DNA of 64,000 bases from Paraphysomonas bandaiensis (Eukaryota; Protista; Chrysophyceae). The stretch covers positions 1,060 through 65,059 of the forward strand of contig CBFFRP010000329.1 in assembly GCA_965644295.1 (NCBI GenBank), read 5' to 3'. The translations under genes were made by a program, and so were the position numbers. Position 1 is the first letter of the stretch, and the number at the start of each line of letters is the position of its first letter. The notes under the pieces are model-generated. The model saw only the letters and a list, made by a program, of their open reading frames with translations. It made no database searches and had not been told where the DNA came from. Positions 1-8,606 of the stretch are shown piece after piece.

Positions 1-146
1 TTATTTCATTGAGACCTGTGAGCGAATTTAAATTCCCTCCTTGTCGATCTTTGTTAGTCTCTGAAGCCAAGGGAGCTGCGTAACTCTGAGGTGAAAAATC
101 GTGTGGGTATATAAACTAAAGAGTGTAACAGCAACTAAGGTGGAAG

Positions 147-1955
147 ATGCAAACTCCCGTTGGTAGGAGTAGCCCTAAGAGCCACTCTGGTTCTGAAGGC
201 AGTGTTAAGGAGGATCTAGAGCCTTCAATGCTCGAAATCATTCTTGCACGTTTCGATGCCTTGGAAAGGAAATTCGATACGAGAATAGATGACTTAACGT
301 TCAGAGTCACGCGACTCGAAGAGCGAGCCTCACGTAGAGGTACACCTGTCGGCTCTAGAGCGCCGAGCCCCACGATTTTAAGGGAAGATCAAAATATCCC
401 AGGGGCAGATGAATCAGTTACGAAAGGAACACCTACTGTTCCTGACACGTTGCCGAAACCGGTAAAGAAACGTGATACAAGGAGATACTCTACTCTGCAT
501 AATTTAGCGGAGCACTATCGCACTCCTTGGCGGGATGAGTCTGTAAGAGAATTGTTGGAGGAGGAAGATACTTCTACTGCTCAGTCAAATGGCAATGCTG
601 AGGAAGATGGTGATCAGCAGGTGGCTTCTGAATTCCCTACTAGAACTCAAGCTTTGTTAGGAGGCAAGAAACCTGGGAAGCTGTTCAGGGAATTGAAAAA
701 GAATGCCAACCTTCCAAATGTGCAACAGACTGTTGTAATGCGTGAGGAAAGGACTTGCAAAGTTCGTATCAATGAACTAAAGCTTTCTAAAGTGGCTAGA
801 GCTGTCAAACAAATCTTGGATTTTCAAGAAGAGGAACAGACCACTGTGCGTCTACAAAAGGTTGTTTCTGGTGAACTAAGAGATCATCTAAGAGAAGTGT
901 ATCATCTCGGTCATGCGGAGATTTCAGAGATGGATTTGTCCGACCTACTGCGTGTAATAGCCAAGGAAACTCGGGTTTTTAATTGTGTGGGATTCTATGA
1001 GGAGCTACGAGATTCTCTTAGACACATAAAGATTATGGAGTGGAGGAAAGTGACAACTGTCACGTTCGAACAGTTTTACTTCCAACAGTTGAAACTTATT
1101 GATTTGTTTCGAACCATGTTATCCATAATGCTGGAGTTTAATAAGGATTGGTGTCCCAGAGTAGATGACAAAGAATATGGGCTCGTAAGACTATTCAAAA
1201 ACTTGAACGATAGGGATTATGTTCGTTATGTCTTTGGGTGCATGAATAAACTACAGTTTGACACGATGAACGAGTTCTTTGATGAATTTACGGCCATTTT
1301 AGTAGATCATTATCAGATTTGCTTAGCAGCTCGTCAGTTACCGTTTGAGGCTAACATTGAGGCTAAAAACAAACTTGATGAGTACAACAAACGGAAAAGG
1401 GATTTGTTTTCCAAGAATAATGAGAAACTTCCGTCTCCGATGCGGTCTACTTCTTACAAGGACTATGATCATCGGAATAACAGAGATTCACATGCTCTCA
1501 CTCACATTGATGGATATGTTTCTGATGATTCGGATTTTGATCGAGGTCCGGAGCAGATAAATCTCGAATACCCTAGTTCTTCAGATGATGAAGAGGGTAA
1601 CGTGGATTTACGTCGTGGCTCAGCCAAGGACGTTACTTCATCGCAGGATCTGGAACCTGATCCTACAGCAGTTGTTAATGAGCAAGAGGTTTCTTTTATG
1701 GCTTCTTCTCAGGATAAACCTGCTGGTGATACGGGTTCGAGAGTTGAGAAATTCGGTTGCCTGAGGCAGATGTTGTATGGAAAATGCAACAAGCCACAGT
1801 GCAAATACAACCACAATTCTCAGTGCTTGAGAACCTCGGCTGTTGAGATGAGGGATAAGCTCAATGCTTTCCTGAAGGCTGAGGATGGTTCCACTGGTAG
1901 AACCAATCCAACTTCTATCTTGAGAAGGGATCGCTTCGGCGATTCCCGACCTTGA
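147..1955 (+). CDS. gag: Gag-like protein of Gypsy element
   Basis: 602-aa ORF directly upstream of pol; N-terminal coiled coil; C-terminal C-x8-C-x4-C-x3-H finger. Confidence 0.85.
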   Translation: MQTPVGRSSPKSHSGSEGSVKEDLEPSMLEIILARFDALERKFDTRIDDLTFRVTRLEERASRRGTPVGSRAPSPTILREDQNIPGADESVTKGTPTVPDTLPKPVKKRDTRRYSTLHNLAEHYRTPWRDESVRELLEEEDTSTAQSNGNAEEDGDQQVASEFPTRTQALLGGKKPGKLFRELKKNANLPNVQQTVVMREERTCKVRINELKLSKVARAVKQILDFQEEEQTTVRLQKVVSGELRDHLREVYHLGHAEISEMDLSDLLRVIAKETRVFNCVGFYEELRDSLRHIKIMEWRKVTTVTFEQFYFQQLKLIDLFRTMLSIMLEFNKDWCPRVDDKEYGLVRLFKNLNDRDYVRYVFGCMNKLQFDTMNEFFDEFTAILVDHYQICLAARQLPFEANIEAKNKLDEYNKRKRDLFSKNNEKLPSPMRSTSYKDYDHRNNRDSHALTHIDGYVSDDSDFDRGPEQINLEYPSSSDDEEGNVDLRRGSAKDVTSSQDLEPDPTAVVNEQEVSFMASSQDKPAGDTGSRVEKFGCLRQMLYGKCNKPQCKYNHNSQCLRTSAVEMRDKLNAFLKAEDGSTGRTNPTSILRRDRFGDSRP

Positions 1956-4900
1956 TGGAAGGACCATTGCGTGCGGGGAGCGCAGGATGTCAGTGTAGTT
2001 AATGGGTGTGACGGGGATGACGATTGTTGCTTACAATTTGAAGAGTCTACATTCACGGCGGCATTGTGTTCTGTGCAAACCGAGGGGCAAGCTAAGCTGT
2101 ATGCTTGTTTTCCTAGTACGCGAAAAATGACATCAGCACATACTGTAGCAAGGCTAATAATGAACAATAATTTGAGAGAGAATTCGGAAAAATTGATCAC
2201 CGTACTTTGCGATACGGGAGCGCTTTCAGCCAACTACGTGTCTAGGGGTCTGGTTGAGAGTTTAATGCCAGAGCTAAACCCCGAATTTTTATACGATGCG
2301 AATCATAGAGTAGTATTGGCGGATAGTACTACTATAAAAACAGTCACACAAGGAGTCAGACTCAATCTTTTGTTGGCTGACCCTTATGGAAAACAGTATC
2401 AGTTCAAAGGGGATTTCCTAATTATTGACATGAAACATAATGATGTCATACTTGGATTGCCGGCACTTACTGGTACTTTGTATCCCTTTATGTGTGAATT
2501 GATGAGGCATGCTTTTGAACAAACATCTTATGAGATAGAAAGCGATACCAAGAAGATTTCGAGTCATGATTTGTCTGGCTTAGAGCATGGACAAATAGTG
2601 GAACCATGGTCTAAAGCGAGTACTCAAATTGCACCGGAGGAAGAGGATTCCGAATTGCCGGTTCAATTTAAAGAAGCTTTGGTATTCTTAGGAAAGACTA
2701 GAGCGGAAGCTTTGAAAGACTATGAGCAGTTGTTGGAGACCCATGTTAGTAGTGAGATGAAGGAACAAACAAATGTGATGCATCTCCTACGAACTAAAGC
2801 GGTTAAAGTCTTTGTACCAGATGAGTGGTCTGGTGTAAAGGGTGTTGAACCTTTAAAAATTAAGTGGAAAGATACACTTCCGGATCGGATCAAACCCAAA
2901 GCGAGGCCTATTAACCCGAAGCTATGGGAAGCATCAGAGAAAGAATTTCGTCGTCTGTGTGGGTATTTTTACCGGAAGAGTAGATCGCCATGGGCTTCTT
3001 GCCTTGTAGTAGCGCCCAAGGCTACACCTCCTTACATTCGATTTTGTGGGGACTACGTTAAGATAAATGATCATATGCATGTGGGAAACTACACTATTCC
3101 CAATGTCAAACATGAACTTGACAAGATCATTAATTTTCCATATTATTTGGATATAGATCTTACAAATGCGTTTCATCAAATACCTTTGGATGAGGAAACT
3201 TCCGAGAAATTGTCCATTCAAACGCCATGGGGACAGTTTGCACCTAATTTCATGCCAGAGGGTATAGCACCTGCTACTGGTGTACTGCAAGAGGTTGTTC
3301 GGGAGATATTTGCTGATTTTTCAGACTGGGCCATCGTCATTTTTGATAATATGCTAATACTAGCCAACGATCCCCAGGATGCTTATGAAAAGTTGGAACG
3401 AGTTATTGACAGATGTCTGGAGAGAAACATAAAGTTGAAAATGGCTAAGAGCTGGCTTGGTTTTAAAAAGGTTAATTTTTTTGGATATGTGTGCAAACAC
3501 AAATCGTATGAAGTGTGTCCGGATAAAAAGGAAGCGCTGGCAAACATACCCATGCCATCATCGACTAAACAAGCTAGATCTCTGCTAGGCAAGGGAGTTT
3601 TCTTTTCCAGCTTCACGCCAAAGTACTCTGACTTAGTAGGTCATCTAACGGACCTCACCAAGAAATCTTTCAATTGGAATAAATCTACTTGGCGTCATGA
3701 TTATGAAGCTGAGTACAAACGTTTCATAAAAGGTTTACAAGATGCTTGTGAGCTCTTCTACCCTGATTATGAGTTAGAGTGGATTTTACGGACTGATGCA
3801 AGTGAGCTAGGTATAGGTTCTGTACTACTACAACGGAAGATATTACCGTCAGGAGAAGCTCAATTGCAACCTATTGCCTTTATCTCTAAAAAGTTTTCAG
3901 AGCAAGCAATGAAATGGGCTACTATAGAGCAGGAGGGCTATGGTATCTACTATTCGGTTAAACAGCTAGCGTATTACTTAGTTGGAAAGCAGTTTACAAT
4001 AGAAACAGACCATAACAATTTGCTCTGGATGGAAGCGTCTGAGGTACCAAAAATTGTTAGATGGAGAATATTCTTGCAATCATTCAATTTTAAAATCCGA
4101 CATATTTCGGGAGCACAGAATTGGTTAGCAGACTGGTTATCCAGGGAACACCAACTGGCTTATCTGTCGGGCATGTTCTTGGATGATTCTATGTGGGATG
4201 ATGCCTATTTTCTGGGAGAGGACTGTCAGGATTCTGAGTATTTCTCATTCCTAGGAAATTTTATGGACCCGTCGGATCTCAGTGACCAAGAACAACCTTC
4301 CATGAATATATCTCGTGAGGAATGCTTGCGTGAGGTACACAACTCTCGCGTGGGTCATCTTGGAGGGAAAGCTACTTGGATTCGTCTCAATAAACGTTTT
4401 CCAGGGCATGGAATACCATATCAGGTGGTAGCAGAATATATATCCAACTGTCCAACTTGCGTAAAAACCCGGTTAGCCATGAAGGAAGCACTTATTCCCA
4501 TAGTGCGCAACCTAAAACCACCGGGGGCTCGCAGTGCTATTGGAATTGATGCAGTGGAGATTACTCCACATGGCAAGGACGGTTACACTCATATCAATGT
4601 GATAGTGAACCTTCACACAAAGCTCGTTTTTCTGGAACCAGTAAAAGGAGTAACGGCTTTGAATTTAGCGAATACTGTGTGGAAGTATTGGTCCTATTAC
4701 GGTCACACGGATGTCGTGATTTCAGACCAGGGTCCGGATTTAACTTCGGATCTATTCCAACAGCTAACGGAATACATGGGAATGCGCCATACGTTCAGTA
4801 TAGCCAACCGGCATGCGAATGGCTCAGAACGTATCATAGGTGAGGTAGTACGTCACCTACGAGCTCTAGTATATGATGCTAGCGAGCGTCAAGAGCGCAC

Positions 4901-5942
4901 AGATGTTTTTGAAGATCCTAGCTGGATCGCCAGTGTCCAACACATTCTTAACTCTGAAGTGTCATCTGAGACGGGTTTCTCACCATTCGAGTTGACTTTT
5001 GGATCGGAGGATAAGCGTTATTTTAACGTGGACACCGACTCTCTTTCCCAGGATGCGCATGCACGACTTAAACGTTTTAATGATAACCTTCGTGAGCTCA
5101 GGGCAGCTTCGCATGCTTATCAACAGCGTCTTGTGCAAGAGCGGGCTAGCCAAGGTATACCGGCCGACAAGCAGAACAGATATCAGCCGGGAGATCTTGT
5201 TTTGTTCGACAAGGGTGCTAAAGTACATCCTAAGATGTCTCACCGTTATATGGGTCCTTTCAAAGTCATATCTCAATATAAAAATGACATTGATTGCAGA
5301 CATTTGGTGACAGGACAAGTTGTGAAAGTCGATGTGCGGGAGGTTAAACTTTTTGCGGGTGATCAAGACACAGCGTATAACATGGCTTGTAGAGACCATG
5401 AACAGCATGTGATTGACACGATTCTATACTACAGAGGTGATAGAGACACCAGAACCTCTCTAGTTTTCACTGTGAAATTTCAGGATGGTGATGTTCGTGA
5501 CATTCCATTCAGTAAGGATATTTTTGACTCTATTCCATATGCCGATTTCTGTTCTAAGAAAAGATATTTATATCATCTTATTTATCCGGTTAAAGAGGCA
5601 AAGGAATATATTGCAAAAATCCGTAAGCAGCCTATCACTAGTTTTCAGCCAGGTGATGAGGCTTATGTTGACTTAAGAGTTTTCGGGGACCTGTGGTATG
5701 AAAGCCTGGAGTTACCGGATTCTCATTTTATTACTTATGTTGCACGTTTTGTCTTCACACATTGGTATCATAAAAGTTCCAAACGGATACTCTCAACTAA
5801 AAATGTGATGACTAAACAAACTTTCCGACTTGATAATTACCATATCCATTGTTTTGCCCATAAAGATTTTGATTCTTCTACAATGGTCTTGGTAGACGAG
5901 GAATTTGCCAGCAAATTTCCACAAGTTAATCAGTCGGTATAA
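1956..5942 (+). CDS. pol: Pol polyprotein (protease, RT, RNase H, integrase, chromodomain-like C-terminus)
   Basis: LCDTGA protease; LDIDLTNAFHQI and VIFDN RT motifs; TDAS/ETDH/ADWLSR RNase H; H-H-CPTC plus IGID/SDQG/SER integrase; YMGPF; frame open from the codon after the gag stop. Confidence 0.95.
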   Translation, partial: WKDHCVRGAQDVSVVNGCDGDDDCCLQFEESTFTAALCSVQTEGQAKLYACFPSTRKMTSAHTVARLIMNNNLRENSEKLITVLCDTGALSANYVSRGLVESLMPELNPEFLYDANHRVVLADSTTIKTVTQGVRLNLLLADPYGKQYQFKGDFLIIDMKHNDVILGLPALTGTLYPFMCELMRHAFEQTSYEIESDTKKISSHDLSGLEHGQIVEPWSKASTQIAPEEEDSELPVQFKEALVFLGKTRAEALKDYEQLLETHVSSEMKEQTNVMHLLRTKAVKVFVPDEWSGVKGVEPLKIKWKDTLPDRIKPKARPINPKLWEASEKEFRRLCGYFYRKSRSPWASCLVVAPKATPPYIRFCGDYVKINDHMHVGNYTIPNVKHELDKIINFPYYLDIDLTNAFHQIPLDEETSEKLSIQTPWGQFAPNFMPEGIAPATGVLQEVVREIFADFSDWAIVIFDNMLILANDPQDAYEKLERVIDRCLERNIKLKMAKSWLGFKKVNFFGYVCKHKSYEVCPDKKEALANIPMPSSTKQARSLLGKGVFFSSFTPKYSDLVGHLTDLTKKSFNWNKSTWRHDYEAEYKRFIKGLQDACELFYPDYELEWILRTDASELGIGSVLLQRKILPSGEAQLQPIAFISKKFSEQAMKWATIEQEGYGIYYSVKQLAYYLVGKQFTIETDHNNLLWMEASEVPKIVRWRIFLQSFNFKIRHISGAQNWLADWLSREHQLAYLSGMFLDDSMWDDAYFLGEDCQDSEYFSFLGNFMDPSDLSDQEQPSMNISREECLREVHNSRVGHLGGKATWIRLNKRFPGHGIPYQVVAEYISNCPTCVKTRLAMKEALIPIVRNLKPPGARSAIGIDAVEITPHGKDGYTHINVIVNLHTKLVFLEPVKGVTALNLANTVWKYWSYYGHTDVVISDQGPDLTSDLFQQLTEYMGMRHTFSIANRHANGSERIIGEVVRHLRALVYDASERQERTDVFEDPSWIASVQHILNSEVSSETGFSPFELTFGSEDKRYFNVDTDSLSQDAHARLKRFNDNLRELRAASHAYQQRLVQERASQGIPADKQNRYQPGDLVLFDKGAKVHPKMSHRYMGPFKVISQYKNDIDCRHLVTGQVVKVDVREVKLFAGDQDTAYNMACRDHEQHVIDTILYYRGDRDTRTSLVFTVKFQDGDVRDIPFSKDIFDSIPYADFCSKKRYLYHLIYPVKEAKEYIAKIRKQPITSFQPGDEAYVDLRVFGDLWYESLELPDSHFITYVARFVFTHWYHKSSKRILSTKNVMTKQTFRLDNYHIHCFAHKDFDSSTMVLVDEEFASKFPQVNQSV

Positions 5943-6098
5943 AGTGTTCCTACTCTACAATTTACGATGTGAAATTTTTCAGTATTCTCCGAATTACATC
6001 TATAATATGATAATAATACTCCATGGTGGTTCGTTTGGATGGCTATTTCAAACCTAGTCCCATTGACATGTGTGCGACCATGGATTTCTCACAAAAAC

Positions 6099-6110
6099 GA
6101 GGGGGGGAGG
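6099..6110 (+). promoter_or_regulatory. Polypurine tract
   Basis: GAGGGGGGGAGG three nt before TGTGA LTR start. Confidence 0.8.
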
Positions 6111-6113
6111 CAG

Positions 6114-7035
6114 TGTGACCACGTGGCATTTCCTATGCCCTATCTACGTGGCTATAGTACCAGAACTGCATGCATTGCCCATTCAGGACCCTGTGATATT
6201 AGTTTAGGACCCTATATCAAGAACATTATATCATCAGGACCCTATACCATGTCTAGGATGCATATTCTATGTTATACTTATTAAGATGGGGTAACGAGCT
6301 ATGATGTACCTACACACTGAATCAACGTTCAGGTGTGATGTCCACTTTATCTGCTGATGGTGACTTCACGCAATGTGAAACCTGCCACAAATTTATAATA
6401 AAGTTATGTGGGTCAGTATTCCAGTGTAGCAGTTGCAGTGTATACTTCCATAGGAATACGTACTGGTATTACCCATACTACCCTATAGGGGGGCAAGTAC
6501 ATATCACATCAAGGGTGAATGGATATTATATACTCGAGGTGCACGAGAGTTCATACCAGACTCAGTGGGGAATCAATTGTGACATGCAATACCTGGTATT
6601 CAGGGTTGTATTTACGTATAATCTGGATATTAGGGATTTTGGGTTCTTGAATGCTAAAATACACCAAAGTGGCGGTATACTGTTTTTGTAAGGGAATTTA
6701 GGTAGAAAGTAAAACGTAGGATGTAGTGTACTATTAGTATGCGGTTATACGTTGCTCCTAGGTTGCTGTGTGTATTCAGTTTATAGAATAAACACGTTTC
6801 TGTGGGTAGTGATGACGTTGCAGGGTGTTGTGATGTTGTTGAGGAGTAGGAGTGGGTGTAACATGTATGCTATGGTGTTATGCACTTGTTTAGGCTTAAC
6901 CGAAGTGCTTGGTGCCAACGATCTTGTTGCACTGGCGGTGTTCCTTGCGTGGTGATACTTGGCGGGTATCATTTACTGAGCATTAGGTTTTTCCTAGAGC
7001 AGTCAAAACATAATTAATTATACATTGTTTTCACA
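6114..7035 (+). repeat. Putative 3' LTR of Gypsy element
   Basis: Starts TGTGA after PPT, ends TCACA; three AGGACCCT repeats at 6184-6243; partner LTR not in window so 3' end is inferred. Confidence 0.65.
6338..6691 (+). CDS. Putative LTR-encoded Zn-ribbon protein (117 aa)
   Basis: ATG-initiated ORF with CETC-x14-CSSC and aromatic-rich beta-like remainder. Confidence 0.4.
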   Translation: MSTLSADGDFTQCETCHKFIIKLCGSVFQCSSCSVYFHRNTYWYYPYYPIGGQVHITSRVNGYYILEVHESSYQTQWGINCDMQYLVFRVVFTYNLDIRDFGFLNAKIHQSGGILFL

Positions 7036-7094
7036 CTTGCGTGTTTGTGTGCTATACCTGTACTGCGAGCCGTGGTTCTGGTTATCAAACCGGG

Positions 7095-8234
7095 TTACGT
7101 CATAGCCCATGCACAGGTTTTGCGGGTGCAGTCACCTTTATGAAGATTACCGCATATCCAACATGCTTCCTTAGTATCAGTTGTTGCTTTAGTACTTGAG
7201 GATGAGCTGGAGGATGAAGTTTTTGTAGTCTTAGACTTGTTAGACTTAGACGTTTCTTTGGAATCCAATTTAGTTTCCATCCTCTTTACTTTTCTCACAG
7301 CTTGACTATAGTCATTGTTAAGCTCTCGCACCTTTCTACAGAATGCTCCGAAATCTTTTGGTGCAGATTGACCTTGGCCTATATCCGCTATAAATTTCTC
7401 TTTGGCATCCTTTCTGAAGGAATGTCCGCCCACAAGTTTAATGTTTTTCTTGAGGGTTTTGACTATGGTATCCGAGGCTACCTCTGTGAGACTTGCCTCC
7501 GGAATGAGCTTATAAAGCTCATTCAGACGTCCATATTCTTTTAAGAATACTTTAGGAACATGAATATCCACCTTAACCTTTGGTCCAATGATATTATCTA
7601 TGAACCTAGGAAGAGGCTCCAATGTATCAGAGTATCGCTCCTCTTCCTCTAGAAAGGCTTGCTTTAACCACTGAATCAATTCCTCAGTAGTTACAATGTT
7701 TGGATCTAGCCAGTCCTCGTCAGACTCATCTCCAAAATCCTGCTGTCGCTGAAACTGAAGCATATCACGCACTGTTGGTGCCATGATTTCTGACCTTATG
7801 AATTTTGTCCCTTTAGGATCTCTTTTCGAGAGATTTTCACAAAATTCGATGATATCCTCATCTTGCACACTACCTAAGTAGGGAATAGAGTCGGTATTGA
7901 TTACTTCATGTGGAGTGGATTCCGTCGCAATGACTTCATTCAAGTCAATACGCTCACTCCTGTTGGGGTGCGGATCTCCACTCCTTTGCTTCTTTCTCTT
8001 TGGTTGAGAAGAAGAGAGCTCACGAAATGATACTCCACTCAATTCTCCTTCCGCCTCTACTGATGTTTCAGTTTGAGGAGAAGATTGCATTTGAGATGAT
8101 GTTGTTGCATCTCTTGCTCGTTTCCGAGAGGATTCTCTCTCTCTTTTCGTCTTTTTAGACGAAGAACCCGAAGCAGCTAACAATTCCTCTATTTGAGGAG
8201 CTGCTTTTATTTTGCTTCTCTTACTTTCCCCCAT
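7095..8234 (-). CDS. gag: Gag-like protein
   Basis: 379 aa, basic low-complexity N-terminus, C-terminal knuckle CWICGNLHKGDC, starts 50 nt after the putative LTR. Confidence 0.65.
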   Translation of the reverse strand: MGESKRSKIKAAPQIEELLAASGSSSKKTKRERESSRKRARDATTSSQMQSSPQTETSVEAEGELSGVSFRELSSSQPKRKKQRSGDPHPNRSERIDLNEVIATESTPHEVINTDSIPYLGSVQDEDIIEFCENLSKRDPKGTKFIRSEIMAPTVRDMLQFQRQQDFGDESDEDWLDPNIVTTEELIQWLKQAFLEEEERYSDTLEPLPRFIDNIIGPKVKVDIHVPKVFLKEYGRLNELYKLIPEASLTEVASDTIVKTLKKNIKLVGGHSFRKDAKEKFIADIGQGQSAPKDFGAFCRKVRELNNDYSQAVRKVKRMETKLDSKETSKSNKSKTTKTSSSSSSSSTKATTDTKEACWICGNLHKGDCTRKTCAWAMT

Positions 8235-8377
8235 AATATTGTTATATCACAGAGATTGAGTACTACTTATTAAGTAATATTACTGTGGGCTTGCATACAT
8301 ATGTGTATGTGTGCAAAGCAATACCCAAGTACAGAAGTACAAAATAATGATTATTATCGTATAATGAATCATGAATA

Positions 8378-8461
8378 CTAATACTGTCTACAATATCAAC
8401 GGCTAATAATACTGTCTACAATATCAACGGCTAATAATACTGTCTACAATATCAACGGCTA
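8378..8461. repeat. 28-bp tandem repeat x3 inside LTR
   Basis: TAATACTGTCTACAATATCAACGGCTAA repeated three times. Confidence 0.95.
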
Positions 8462-8606
8462 TTGCTAATCCCAACAACAATCACATTCCCTACAGTTTGT
8501 ATTCCTAACTACATGGTACACGTATACAATACAGTACTGTACTACTAATCATATAATACAGGACATGTACACGTATATATTCTATATGTAAGTGGATAGT
8601 CCTACA

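Larger units (their letters stand above)
1..7035 (+). mobile_element. Ty3/Gypsy LTR retrotransposon (5' LTR lies outside window)
   Basis: gag then pol in PR-RT-RH-IN order, polypurine tract 6099-6110, candidate 3' LTR 6114-7035 with TGTGA...TCACA ends. Confidence 0.93.
7036..8606 (-). mobile_element. Second LTR retrotransposon, 5' part (LTR + gag), interrupted by the Gypsy element
   Basis: Candidate LTR 8284-8606 (TGTAGG...CCCACA on minus strand) followed by gag-like ORF; cuts the Copia integrase ORF. Confidence 0.7.

Noticed and set aside
1-24. 5' LTR end and PBS at window start (TTTCA TTGAGACC)
   Set aside because: Does not match the candidate 3' LTR end and has no TGG; more likely leader sequence
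1953-1955. Genome-wide UGA reassignment
   Set aside because: Host genes here end normally at TGA (e.g. vWA gene 17977-17979, sulfotransferase)
6752-6955. Hydrophobic small ORF in the LTR
   Set aside because: Non-ATG start; hydrophobicity explained by GT-rich composition
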